Source: Macrostomum lignano (lineage: Eukaryota). From it: a stretch of 46,145 nucleotides of DNA. Shown piece by piece: positions 10,590-25,268 of this stretch (within the stretch, counting starts at the first letter, position 1; the number at the start of each line of letters is the position of its first letter). The position numbers and the translations under genes are program-made. The notes under the pieces are model-generated. The model saw nothing but the letters and a program-made list of their open reading frames with translations. It was not told where the DNA came from and searched no databases. The DNA is taken from assembly GCA_002269645.1 (NCBI GenBank), contig NIVC01001080.1, forward strand, positions 1 through 46,145. The letters are read 5' to 3'.

Positions 10590-10915
10590 ATTTACTTACT
10601 TGACTCAGCTGTAGGGGATTCCAGGCATCCGGGTGCAGTGGGGAGGCGTTGCCGCCCATTCCTCTAGCCCCTAGCGACCACGGGCAGCGCGGTCCCCCTC
10701 CAGAGAATCCAGGAGGTGGATAGTCGCTCGCCCGGTAGCCCTTAGTTAGCGGACGAGCTGGCAGAGATTCTCGGGCACGAAAACGTTGGAAATGTTCGGG
10801 TTTGGACTGAGGTCTGTCCAGAGTAAAGGCGGGGCAGTCACAGATGAAGTGCTCCGCATTCTCGACACCGGAGAGGCAGAATGGGCATTCCTCGATACCG
10901 ATTTTTACCCTGGAA
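10590..10915 (-). mobile_element. 5'-truncated non-LTR retrotransposon (LINE) 3' fragment inside the Quiver-like intron
   Basis: Minus-strand translation [29 protein letters not shown] fits the C-x2-C...E-x2-EH-x4-CP zinc knuckle at the end of LINE ORF2, followed by a UTR-like stretch and an AGTCAAGTAAGTAAA short-repeat tail. Confidence 0.65.
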
Positions 10916-11118
10916 GTGACGATGTCTGGTAAAACAGCCATGTCCCGAGAGGGCCATGGTGACCACCCCGATGTCCCTGCGGTTGAGTCCAAGCAGGTCC
11001 CTGTGGAGGGCGGGGGTTGGCCCTGGTCCCGATTTGCGTCAGTACCAAGACTACAGCATACCACAGAACATTTCCGACACTCACAGTTGAAACCGTCGCG
11101 CCCCAACCCCATGCGCAG

Positions 11119-11555
11119 TTTTCCCCTCGGACTCGGCCGGCGGCATCAGCTGCTTCCAGTGCCACTCGGTGAACAACTCGGACCCCACGTGTCACGACCC
11201 GTTCAACTCGGCTCTGCACCCAATAAAGACCAGCATCTGCTCCGAGGGCCGGCGCGATCACCGAGGCAAGTTTCCTGGCCGGTACTGCTTCAAGATAAAA
11301 GGCAGACGAGCCTCCGACGGAGTGGAAATCGTTGTTAGACGCTGCAGCGTTGACACATTGGTTGACAACACGTTGAAGAGTCACTACGGCCACTTCAAGA
11401 TCGTCTCCGGCAACACTACGGAGCAGTTCTTCGGCACCGTGTCGATGTGCCGCTTTGACGGATGCAACGCAGCATCGGCGCTGAGCTCAACCATCTGGCT
11501 AACCCTTGGTGTTGCCCTATCACTGCTCCTACGTGCAACTGGTTGCGGCTTCTAG
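11119..11555 (+). CDS. Quiver/Sleepless-like Ly6/uPAR (three-finger) protein, exon 2; predicted GPI-anchored, about 167 aa in total
   Basis: Acceptor GCGCAG|TT, phase 1. ISCFQCHSVNNSDPTCHDPF (Quiver-type N-terminal motif), YCFKI, VRRC, CRFDGCN (terminal CN), small-residue omega region AASALSS and a hydrophobic tail. TAG at 11553-11555. Confidence 0.88.
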
Positions 11556-11689
11556 TGTCCAGGTTGACTGACGTGAACTACTGAAAAGATAAATATCGTG
11601 ACAATGCTGAGAGGAAGGGGGCAGAATAACTGCTCCCGACTCAACTCCCGAAATCTTGGTTTTGATTCAGTTTGCAGATTAGCCTGCAG

Positions 11690-12317
11690 GCCAACCCCCT
11701 GAGTCAAACCCGTGGAAGCCAACCCCCTGAGTCAAACCCGTGGAAGCCAACCCCCTGAGTCAAACCCATGGAAGCCAACCCCCTGAGTCAAACCCATGGA
11801 AGCCAACCCCCTGAGTCAAACCCATGGAAGCCAACCCCCTGAGTCAAACCCGTGGAAGCCAACCCCCTGAGTCAAACCCGTGGAAGCCAACCCCCTGAGT
11901 CAAACCCATGGAAGCCAACCCCCTGAGTCAAACCCATGGAAGCCAACCCCCTGAGTCAAACCCGTGGAAGCCAACCCCCTGAGTCAAACCCGTGGAAGCC
12001 AACCCCCTGAGTCAAACCCGTGGAAGCCAACCCCCTGAGTCAAACCCATGGAAGCCAACCCCCTGAGTCAAACCCGTGGAAGCCAACCCCCTGAGTCAAA
12101 CCCATGGAAGCCAACCCCCTGAGTCAAACCCATGGAAGTCAACCCATGAGTCAATCCCATGGAAGTCAACCCATGAGTCAAACCCATGGAAGTCAACCCA
12201 TGAGTCAAAATCATGGAAGTCAACCCCTGAGTCAAACTTATGAAAGTCAACCCCTGAGTCAAACCCATGGAAGTCAACCCCTGAGTCAAACTTATGGAAG
12301 TCAACCCCATGAGTCAA
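11690..12317. repeat. 28-bp minisatellite (GCCAACCCCCTGAGTCAAACCCRTGGAA) x16 grading into about 7 units of ~27 bp
   Basis: Direct read; every unit contains TGAGTCA. Confidence 0.97.
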
Positions 12318-13027
12318 AAGTCCAGTCATAAATACTGCACATCCTGTGTGAGTGTATGTACTCAGGGCTCAATCGAGTCAACACAGATGTACATGTAGCT
12401 GGGTTCCGACTGTTGCTTGAGCTCTTGAAATTGCCTACTTAAAGTGTTCAAAGCCCATCTGCGTACTAATTAGCACAGGACTAATTAATAACTGCGCCTT
12501 TGCGCCATTGCAATTCGAGGACCCATGCAGCAGCTCCTCCGACTGCACACTACAGGTAGGAAACCTAAACATCGATAGGCCTAATTCGCCTTCAGAAACT
12601 ACCTGCATTCATTTTAGTTTCGTGTTTTAATCATTGCTTTTTTCACTCTTTTCTTAAACACACATCTGCAGTAAAACAAATTGTTTAATTTTTTGTCTAT
12701 AGAAGATAATTCCTCATCGAAGCTACGTCGATTTCGAATTAAAAAGGTACGTTGTAATGTATAGGGATGTTTCTGTATGGTCATCGATTGAAAAGGAAAG
12801 CTCTTATTACGGAATCAAGGTCATCGATAATCTAATACCTGTCTATTTCATGCGTTCAGTTGAAATCTCATAATCTCATTTGACATTATAATTTTTCCAA
12901 CATTGAATGTATACTCGTATACTACTTTTTGTTTGAATATCCCTTCGATTAAACAGCTTCTGCAAATTTGCGGTAATGGACTGCGATCCCTTTTAATCGC
13001 TATGGTTATTTTTGTTTGTACATTTGC

Positions 13028-13429
<402 letters not shown>

Positions 13430-14826
13430 TTCTAGTTGACTATTGTCCTCAATTTAATAGACAGACAGTGTATTGTACCTAACATAGAGACTATTGATTT
13501 TTTTAATCTAGATAATAACTGAGCAGCAATGCTACTGTAAGTAGGATCCGGTTGATTGTTTCGTCTTTTCTTCGTTGACACGTGCACTGCAAAATCTGCT
13601 CCATCGACATGAGTGCCAATTCTCACAATGCTTACCTGTTGGTCATGGATTGTAAAGGAAAGATATTAATGCGGAATCACGGTAAGTGAAAAGTCTACCT
13701 CTTTTTCTACCCGAATCCAACTGGGGAGCGAACTCACGGTCTATGAAATATGGTTAATATCGTCAGCTCTGTGGGGATGACCAATCTGAACACGTCAGAA
13801 GGTCCAGGGATCCTTGACTACCAGTATAAGCCTGCATTTCTTCATTTTTTTGCTATGAAAATTACCTTTTGTGAGTTTCTTAAAAGTGAATCGACTCTGA
13901 GTTGCATCCCGCATTTTGTTGGATGGTTGGTAAAGTTACCTTGGGACCTGAAACCCGCTTACTCTTGAAATGCATGAGGGGAAATTTCTAAACTGGCTGA
14001 ATTCGAGGCCAAACTGAGAGGATTCTGAAGAGCCGCGTGACGCACAGAGGGGAGGGGTTTTGAAATTCTCCTCCATCAGTCAGTTTAATCTGGCGCTGAG
14101 TCACTATGAAACCCCCAGACCCTAAGCAGCTTCAGGCAGCATATGGCAAACAGCCACCCTCCCCGCGATTATAACTACCGCTATAATTCAGATTACATAT
14201 TTATTTACACATTCGATTTTAAACTGGTCATGGACTACTAAAAAAGAGATCTGAAATGAAATCCCGAAGAAGAATTTGACCCTATTCCAGATTCTAGATC
14301 TAGAAGTCTTTGTCCCATATTTCGGTGTCCTGTTGCTGGAATCCTATTATTCATAGGAGCTCGATAATTGTGTAAACAATCCACCAGCTTCAAATACAAA
14401 TTGTGTAAACAATTCGGAGTTGTTGCTGAAACTGGGACCAAAAACTGGGGAAGTCGGTAAACAAAGTTGCTGGAGAATGAAGGAGATGGTCGAGGCTCTG
14501 AGTGACAGCATACAAGAAAGCAGACACAGCTACCGTTTTTAGATCGATTTATTAAAAATATTCGGCAATCCAGTTTGCTACAAAGAAGGCAAAACTCCAA
14601 CTAGAGAAGGCTCTAGGCTCTAGAGCACTGAGATATGTCAAATATAAAGTACATTCCTTTCCTTGAGACAATCCTCAAGAAAATTTCTAATTACAAGTGA
14701 GATCTTCTTTGCTTTTTGTGTGGACCAACGCAATTTTATAAAAAAATCATTAATAAAGTCATTAATGAAAATTTTAAAAATAAATTAGTCTATAAATTTG
14801 TTTGAATTAGAAAGTCGTAGATTTCG

Positions 14827-15623
14827 TAGATGTAGATGTGGTCAGTCATGTGTCAGTAGATGTGGTTAGTCTTGTGTCAGTAGATGTGGTCAGTCATGTG
14901 TCAGTAGATGTGGTTAGTCTTGTGTCAGTAGATGTGGTCAGTCATGTGTCAGTAGATGTGGTCAGTCTTGTGTCAGTAGATGTGGTCAGTCATGTGTCAG
15001 TAGATGTGGTTAGTCTTGTGTCAGTAGATGTGGTCAGTCTTGTGTCAGTAGATGTGGTCAGTCTTGTGTCAGTAGATGTGGTCAGTCTTGTGTCAGTAGA
15101 TGTGGTCAGTCTTGTGTCAGTAGATGTGGTCAGTCTTGTGTCAGTAGATGTGGTTAGTCTTGTGTCAGTAGATGTGGTCAGTCTTGTGTCAGTAGATGTG
15201 GTCAGTCTTGTGTCAGTAGATGTGGTCAGTCTTGTGTCAGTAGATGTGGTCAGTCTTGTGTCAGTAGATGTGGTTAGTCTTGTGTCAGTAGATGTGGTCA
15301 GTCATGTGTCAATAGATGTGGTTAGTCTTGTGTCAGTAGATGTGGTCAGTCATGTGTCAGTAGATGTGGTTAGTCTTGTGTCAGTAGATGTGGTCAGTCA
15401 TGTGTCAGTAGATGTGGTCAGTCTTGTGTCAGTAGATGTGGTTAGTCTTGTGTCAGTAGATGTGGTTAGTCTTGTGTCAGTAGATGTGGTTAGTCTTGTG
15501 TCAGTAGATGTGGTCAGTCTTGTGTCAGTAGATGTGGTCAGTCTTGTGTCAGTAGATGTGGTCAGTCTTGTGTCAGTAGATGTGGTCAGTCTTGTGTCAG
15601 TAGATGTGGTCAGTCTTGTGTCA
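14827..15623. repeat. 24-bp minisatellite (GTAGATGTGGTCAGTCTTGTGTCA), about 33 units
   Basis: Direct read; 8-aa periodic ORF confirms the 24-bp period. Confidence 0.97.
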
Positions 15624-16372
15624 AGCTACGATCCCAAGTAGGAGGAGAGAAGACTCTGAGCCCAGAGTCACCAAACAGAGGTTAGAGGGGGCACCCACCG
15701 CTCCAATGGAATAATACATCGAGTAGAGGAACAGTTACTCGTCGTCCAGATTCAACATCGGCTGGTTATTGCGTCATCAAGTCTATACCATTTTAGCTTG
15801 TGTTTGAGCCAGCCAAACAGAAAATATGACACGATGTTTGAATTAAAAAAATTTGGTTCTTCCCAGAGAGTTTGCTTGCGAATCGCTCCTAATGGCCGGT
15901 GCGAGACTTCCGCGTGTTTCGTTGAAGGCAGTTTCGTTTCAATTAATTTCACTCCAGTTTATATACGGCAGTCACAATAAAAAATTGAATGCTTTATGGC
16001 GCTCTCCTCAAGTTTCTTTTTCAACATGAGGGTTCGTTCTAAAACATTTTTTCCCGTTACAAAATGCTGTAGAGGAATTATTGTATGAGACTGCGGTAGT
16101 GCAAAAACTGCTGCTATTACTGACTCACCGCAGCTTTTTAAACCCCCCAAAGACGACATTTTCAGCCTAAAAACTGGCTAATGAGTTGCAGACCTGTTGC
16201 TGCGGCCACTGTGAGAACGTCCGGTTTTGGTGCCAGGGCGCCTCGCCTACAAACTCTGCATGGGGAATTTGAAGTCAGGGCATCGGAATAATTTAGTGAA
16301 TTAATTGGCTTCTCACCCGTGCTGCGCTGAATTTTGACGGAGAGAGCTGACATTACGAGCGTATCTCAAATT

Positions 16373-16980
16373 CTTCAGTCACCCACGATCCTTCAGTCAC
16401 CCACGATTCTTTAGTGACCCACGATTCTTCAGTGACCCACGATCCTTCAGTGACCCACGATCCTTCAGTGACCCATGATCCTTCTGTGACCCACGATCCT
16501 TCTGTGACCCATGGTCCTTCTGTGACCCACGATTCTTCAGTGACCCACGATCCTTCAGTGACCCACGATCCTTCAGTGACCCACGATCCTTCGCTGTACC
16601 ACGATCCTTCAGTGACCCACGATCCTTCTGTAACGCACGATCCTTCAGTGACCCACGATCCTTCGCTGTACCACGATCCTTCAGTGACCCACGATCCTTC
16701 AGTGACCCACGATCCTTCAGTGACCCACGATCCTTCTGTAACGCACGATCCTTCAGTGACCCACGATCCTTCGCTGTACCACGATCCTTCAGTGACCCAT
16801 GATCCTTCTGTGACCCACGATCCTTCAGTGACCCACGATCCTTCAGTGACCCATGATCCTTCTGTGACCCACGATCCTTCAGTGACCCACGATCCTTCTG
16901 TGACCCACGATCCTTCAGTGACCCACGGTCCTTGTGTGACACATGATCCTTCTGTGACCCACGATTCTTCAGTGACACAT
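16373..16980. repeat. 18-bp minisatellite (GTGACCCACGATCCTTCA), about 34 units
   Basis: Direct read; 6-aa periodic ORFs on both strands. Confidence 0.97.
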
Positions 16981-17496
16981 CGCGACATTTAGAAACTTTT
17001 TTGTATTTTTACTTTCAAGCCACGAAGCCCAATTCAAATATGACAATAGCATTAGCATCTGTTAGGCTATTATTAGGCAATTAGGCAATGACTTCAACAG
17101 CTCTACTCGTAGATGACTGTTTCCTATTGGTTGAGGCCCTCCAGCCAATGAGGTGCCGCCTACATTCAGAGAGGCGTTTTTTCATTGTTAAAAGTTATTG
17201 TCAAAGCTTTTAAAAGAACACCTACAATTTTCTTTTCCAAAGAAAAGAATTAAGAATAGAAATTAATAAACTTCTGAAAAAGTTTTTTATATAAGAATTA
17301 GTTGCTATCAAATTGGTTCTGGTAAGTGATTATCGGTTTCTTAAAATTCATTCTTAGAAAAGTCTTATTCAGAAAAACTATTTAGTGGTCCATAGGTCCA
17401 ACTTTCTCAAGCTACGGGAGACATGCCAATGCTCTGTCCCCCCGCCCCACTTTGTGACCCGTTGTGGAAATCAATAATTTTGCTTTTAAAGCGTCA

Positions 17497-17765
17497 AAAA
17501 TGAGTGCCCTCACCTACGGTGCCAAAATGAGTGTCTGCGGCGCCAAAATGAGTGTCTGCGGCGCCAAAATGAGTGTCTGTGGCGCCAAAATGAGTGCCTG
17601 TGGCAACAAATTGAGCGTCTGCGGCGCCAAAATGAGTGTCTGCGGCGCCAAAATGAGTGTCTGTGGCGCCAAAATGAGTGCCTGTGGCAACAAATTGAGC
17701 GTCTGCGGCGCCAAAATGAGTGTCTGTGGCGCCAAAATGAGTGTCTGCGGCGCCAAAATGAGTGC
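17497..17765. repeat. 21-bp minisatellite (GGCGCCAAAATGAGTGTCTGC), about 12 units with an 84-bp higher-order repeat
   Basis: The variant GCCTGTGGCAACAAATTGAGCG occurs twice, 84 bp apart. Confidence 0.95.
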
Positions 17766-18472
17766 TAACAACATCGATTCCGATTCAACAATGTAGGATT
17801 CTATTCATGTAGAATTCTTGGCTTTGTCCCATCCACCCCTCAACATAAAATACATGGCGGCGCCCCAGTTCTCAAGGTCTCGTTTGGCGCCTCTGAAGTC
17901 CAATGCTTTGCTTTGAAACTAAAAACTGGCCTCACCAAAGTACAACTTGTTATCCCAGACGACAAGACGTAACAAGCGTTCACTGCTTGCTGGTTCTAAC
18001 AACATTTCCAGCAGCTCTCGTTAATACCTGCCCGATCAAGTTGTCGCCCCACTGTAAACCCCAAACCTTGTAGTCGTCATAAACGACTTTTGGTTTTTTA
18101 TATAAATTCTACCTCGGGAGGAAGCGCAATCCAGTAGCAGATCCAGTGGTAAACTCTGTTTTTCAACTCTCCACATGCCTCGCGGGTCACCAATTTTTTT
18201 TTTACTTTTATATGCCGGTCCGGTATCGTAAAATTTTTAATTTCCATCAGTTAGGCGAAGTGCTATAGCGTTAGCAGCACTAACTAGCTAAGGACACTGG
18301 GGACATTGTAAACAGTAGCCTTCAGTTGCCACCCAGGCTTTGAAAGGCGTGAATCGCAGCAATTGATGTGCTAATTGCAGCTGTCTGCACACACTGACTA
18401 TGAATTCAATAGTTGAAGTTTCAGATCCCTAATGAATTCAGGTGTAAGACATTGTGCTGACTGGTAGTATTT

Positions 18473-18849
18473 GGGGCGCCAGCACCAAGGTGCTTTAGCA
18501 CCAAGGGGCTTTAGCACCAAGGGGCTTTAGCACCAAGGGGCTTTAGCACCAAGGGGCTTTAGCACCAAGGGGCTTTAGCACCAAGGGGCGCCAGCACCAA
18601 GGGGCGCCAGCACCAAGGGGCGCCAGCACCAAGGGGCGCCAGCACCAAGGGGCGCCAGCACCAAGGGGCGCCAGCACCAAGGGGCGCCAGCACCAAGGGG
18701 CGCCAGCACCAAGGGGCGCCAGCACCAAGGGGCGCCAGCACCAAGGGGCGCCAGCACCAAGGGGCGCCAGCACCAAGGGGCGCCAGCACCAAGGGGCGCC
18801 AGCACCAAGGGGCGCCAGCACCAAGGGGCGCCAGCACCAAGGGGCGCCA
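18473..18849. repeat. 16-bp minisatellite (GCACCAAGGGGCGCCA; 5' units GCACCAAGGGGCTTTA), about 23 units
   Basis: Direct read; two homogeneous sub-blocks. Confidence 0.97.
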
Positions 18850-19296
18850 GATGAGACGTCGGACTGACTGACAAAGCTCTGGAGTTTAGATATGAGTTGA
18901 GTTTATCAGGTATAAGAATGTATCTGTTGCACAATGAGGGTTTTATCAGTGAGTCAGGGAAGCCATTGATCCACACTAGTAGCAGGCCTCACGCAGTCAG
19001 CTCAGATAAGATAAATCCTACAGATTTTCTAGGCACAAAGTTTATCTTTAGAAAAATTATAACGATTCGTTAAGAAGATCCGCGCGCCCAGATTAACAAT
19101 GGGATTTAAATTTTAATCCCCCAGAGGATCACCACAATCAGTACTGCATTGTTCCCAAAAGTTACAAGTTCGTGCTTAATTTGGGAGATCGCTGTGGAAA
19201 TATCGGCTGCTTCTTGGAGCAGATTTCTGATAAACAGAATTAGATTCGAAGAAAACTCTTACAGTGCATCGGCTCGTTCAAATCCTTCATTGTGTT

Positions 19297-20320
19297 TCAG
19301 AAATACCCCCTCAGATGCTTCAGTGTGTCAAAAATACCCCCTCAGATACTTCAGTGTCTCAGAAATACCCCTCTCAGATACTTCAGTGTGTCTCAGAAAT
19401 ACCCCCTCAGATACTTCAGTGTCTCAGAAATACCCCTCTCAGATACTTCAGTGTGTCTCAGAAATACCCCCTCAGATGCTTCAGTGTGTCAAAAATACCC
19501 CCTCAGATACTTCAGTGTCTCAGAAATACCCCTCTCAGATACTTCAGTGTGTCTCAGAAATACCCCTCTCAGATACTTCAGTGTGTCTCAGAAATACCCC
19601 CTCAGATACTTCAGTGTCTCAGAAATACCCCTCTCAGATACTTCAGTGTGTCTCAGAAATACCCCCTCAGATGCTTCAGTGTGTCAAAAATACCCCCTCA
19701 GATACTTCAGTGTCTCAGAAATACCCCCTCAGATGCTTCAGTGTGTCAAAAATACCCCCTCAGATACTTCAGTGTCTCAGAAATACCCCCTCAGATACTT
19801 CAGTGTCTCAGAAATACCCCCTCAGATACTTCAGTGTCTCAGAAATACCCCCTCAGATTGTATCGAGTGGGTCTCAGAAATTTCACCTCAGATGCTTCAG
19901 TGTCTCAGAAATACCCTCAGATACTTCAGTGTGTCTCAGAAATACCCCTCTCAGATACTTCAGTGGGTCTCAGAAATACCCCTCTCAGATACTTCAGTGT
20001 GTCTCAGAAATACCCCTCTCAGATACTTCAGTGGGTCTCAGAAATACCCCTCTCAGATACTTCAGTGTGTCTTAGAAATACCCCTCAGAGTTTCTCAGTG
20101 GGTCTCAAAAATACCCCATCAGATGCTTCAGTGTGTCTCAGAAATACCTCCTCAGATGCTTCAGTGGGTCTCAGAAATACCCCCTCAGATTTTTCAGTGT
20201 GTTCTCAAAAATACCCCTCAGATTCTTCTCTGCGTCTAAAAAAACCCCCCTCAGATGCTTCAGTGTGTCTTAGAAATACCCTCAGATACTTCAGTGTGTC
20301 TCAGAACCCCCCCCTCAGAT
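19297..20320. repeat. ~32-35 bp minisatellite (CAGAAATACCCC[C/TC]TCAGATACTTCAGTGT[GT]CT), about 30 units
   Basis: Direct read; degenerates toward the 3' end. Confidence 0.96.
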
Positions 20321-21145
20321 TTTATCATGAAGTTAGACTTGAATCTTAACAATCCCTCAAATATGTAAAATGCGAATCAAGCAAGGCAGTAACAGAGACT
20401 AATCCAGCATGATACGGCTTGCCAGCCAAGTGGAGGTGGGCAAACATGGCTCCTCAATATTTTTCATTTAGTCGCACGCATGCAGTCTTGATTTTAGCTT
20501 CATAGCTGTATAACTTTCCGTGTGCTGCGGCGGCTTATCAATCAAATCAGAGAGATCGAACCCCCTCCCCTCCCCTACCGCCAGGGTCGGGGGTCGGGGT
20601 CTTTATCCACACATGCCCCCGCCAGCCACCAGCTGCACCAGCTATAAGTGGGCTCTGAAACCTGACCCCTGCCTCTCCCCGAGCCCAGTAAACAGTCGGA
20701 CCCCAGCCACCCACGCGCAGCTAGGCAGCTCGAACCCCGTAGCTTCCATTTAATCATCTTTCCTTTTAATACTTGTTGGCTGGCCGTTCAATATTTGTCT
20801 TAATTGCTCGACCCACCTGCCCAACCACCTCCCCCCGCCGACCCCGCGAGATCCTTGAAGTCGTTGAATTTTTTTCTATCGGTTCTATAAAACTGTCTTT
20901 ACAACCTTGGGCCAAAGTGAGTCAGCCGATTAACTGGCACCCGCAGCTGGCGAGAAGCTGGCGTGACCGTTCGCCATCGTATTTCCGATGTCAAGTCTTT
21001 GTTCAAAGGGTGAGGTTGGCAGTCAGAAATAGTCATAGCCAGGTATCCCGAGCAATGATAGACAGAAATTACAATAAGTCATAGCTGAGAAATAGAGTCA
21101 GTCATGACCAACATTTAGAATTGGTCATAGCAGGGAGTCGGAATC

Positions 21146-21264
21146 GGTCATAACTGGAATCAGAATCGGTCATAACTGGAATCAGAATCGGTCATAATTG
21201 GGAATCGGAGTCGGTCATAACTGGGAATCGGAATCGGTCATAACTGGGAATCGGAATCGGTCAT
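21146..21264. repeat. 22-23 bp tandem repeat (ATCGGTCATAACTGG[G]AATCRGA), about 5 units with degenerate flanks
   Basis: Direct read. Confidence 0.85.
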
Positions 21265-21535
21265 GTATTATACTTGTAGTTAGAAATCGATCATAACTTA
21301 TAGCTCGAAATCGATCATAGCAAGGAATTAGAATGCTCATCTGTATCACTGACACTTATTCTGTCTAGCAGACAGCAGAGCACAATGAAAGCAGCAAAGA
21401 GCATACATACGCGTTCGTACTAAGGCTGTAACCGCACCGCACCGCACAGCACCAGCTCCAGACCCGTGCACTCAAAACATTCGGGTAGCCGAAAACCGAT
21501 AAAAATCTCTTCGGAGTCGAGAAGCTTAAAAAAGT

Positions 21536-21541
<6 letters not shown>

Positions 21542-21580
<39 letters not shown>
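21542..21580. repeat. (GA)n microsatellite
   Basis: Direct read. Confidence 0.95.
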
Positions 21581-21588
<8 letters not shown>

Positions 21589-21840
21589 GGGGCAGAATTT
21601 ACAGCCATTCGAACTTTTTGTCTGTTCGATTGAGACAGATTGGCGAGACGAAAAAGCTGCGGTTAAAAGCTGAGTTGCTCGGAATGAGAAGCAGGGGCTG
21701 GCGACTCAAGCAGTGCAGCTGGCGATCTTGATAAGAGGGGCTTTGAGACACGCGGCGACAGCTATAAACACTGAGTCGGCGAGCTCTGACGGCTGAGCAG
21801 AGTGGGCGGACTGACTCAAATATGCGGCGTGCACTAATAC

Positions 21841-22834
<994 letters not shown>

Positions 22835-23710
22835 TTAGAAACACCCTAAGGCACAGCGGAAATAGACTTAAAGAGTTGAAATTCGCTAGAAAGCTTAGTA
22901 ACCACTAGTTCCCATAGCAATCAGGCATACAACGGATACAGGTGAGCAAACGCATTCGCTGTGGAAGTGGGCGTTCATTTGGCAAAGAGAAGGACTCAAC
23001 CAATATTGACCTTCTTGCCCCCTTCAGTCTCGCTGCCTTTTGCAGCTTGCTTTGAATCACTTTTGCTGAAACAGTCCCAGGAAAGAACTTCGTCTTTAGC
23101 TCTGACTCTGACTAGCAAAACTTGTACTTGAGTCATCTGTGCCGTTGGAGTGGTCTAAAAAGGAAACACAGTTGCTTTGACAATCTGTGCCAAGTTTGCG
23201 CACTTTGCCTATTTCCTCTTCGGAGAGTTTGCTCACGAAAAAATATGTGTTGTGTGCCGAAGGGGCCAGAAATACTTGAAGAGTTTCAGCGCTCTGTCTT
23301 CTTCTTCTTAGCTGGCAAAGCAATAAATTGTAGAGTTTGGCTTGGTGCCCCCCCCCAGCTTAGTCAGGCTGATATGTCAAGTTCGTTTATCTAATCTGAG
23401 ACAAGTATTAGCCAATATTTGCTCTGGAGTTATCCTACGCTTTGAGCACACAGCCGACGGCCTAAGAGAGAGAGAGAAAGAGAGAGATATCTTCTGCTTT
23501 TGCGCCTGCAAGAAATTTTCTATTCTTATATAATGTAGGCGTATTTTGGAGACTTAGACTAGGAACTCGCTTCTTGCTCAAACTCTGCTGGCTTCGAGTT
23601 GCTAAGGCTGGTTCGTGGAGTTCTTAGATATTCAGTCTGGATTGGACTGAGCCGCCTTTAACTCATATGCAGTGTCAATTTCTGCCCACACAAGACGTTC
23701 CGTAAGTATT

Positions 23711-24585
<875 letters not shown>

Positions 24586-25268
24586 ATTTAGGTCTGTATT
24601 TCTCACCTATTTAATTTATGCTATTTTTGACCTACCTAGGGACTCAGCAATTTCCTATCCATATTCTAGCTAATGCTCCACGGCCAGGACTCCATCAACC
24701 CTGCCAGTTTAGAGCTTAGCCAGGGACTTCTCTAAGTCATGCTATCTTATAACTGATACTGCTCGACCTCTTGTCGCTCCTTATCTCCTTGGTGCAATCT
24801 AGACTCGTAGCTCGGTTTTATTGTCTGGGCAGCTTTAAAAATGAAAATCATTCCGACCGGCACGATATCGCAGTTGAGAATCTCAATCAACGAGTAGTGC
24901 GAACTGGGGGGTTTCAAGTTGAGGGGGGGGGACCAATATCGTATGTAGGCGTGACTCGGGGCCCACCAGTGCGGATTTCAAGCTCGGAGACTTCCAAGTT
25001 AGTCTCGCGGAGCAGAACAATGAGACTCACTTTCTGATTGATGCCTCGGGAGACCTCTGTGTGTGTGTGTGTGTCTGAGTCAGAGCAACGTGCGCGGGTC
25101 TGCTGAGTGAGCGTTTTGCGCAATTCCGAGCTCTGGAAAAGATTTTTATTGAACTCAATTGCTCTGTTAGAGTGGCTGTTAGGTCACTGTCTAAATTTTA
25201 GAATCATTCTGTAAGAACGGCATGCTGGATGAATGAGTCAAGATTACCTGTTTGTTGATACGGCTACC

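Noticed and set aside
15752-15952. Minus-strand YFLFGWLKHKL resembling the Tc1/mariner PxDxxLFxxLK segment
   Set aside because: The expected upstream SPDL motif is not recoverable in any nearby frame and no TIRs were seen. A BLASTX hit to a DDE transposase would revive it.
14838-20349. ORFs of 190-360 aa such as (VDVVSLVS)n, (WVTEGS)n, (CGAKMSV)n and (SQKYP...)n
   Set aside because: Periodicity equals the minisatellite unit, several frames or both strands are open, and there are no flanking splice-linked unique exons.
23096-23394. Short hydrophilic ORFs between microsatellites (also 14238-14600, 26100-26357, 28263-29024)
   Set aside because: No domain motif recognised and no consistent splice partners; cannot be supported without a homology search.
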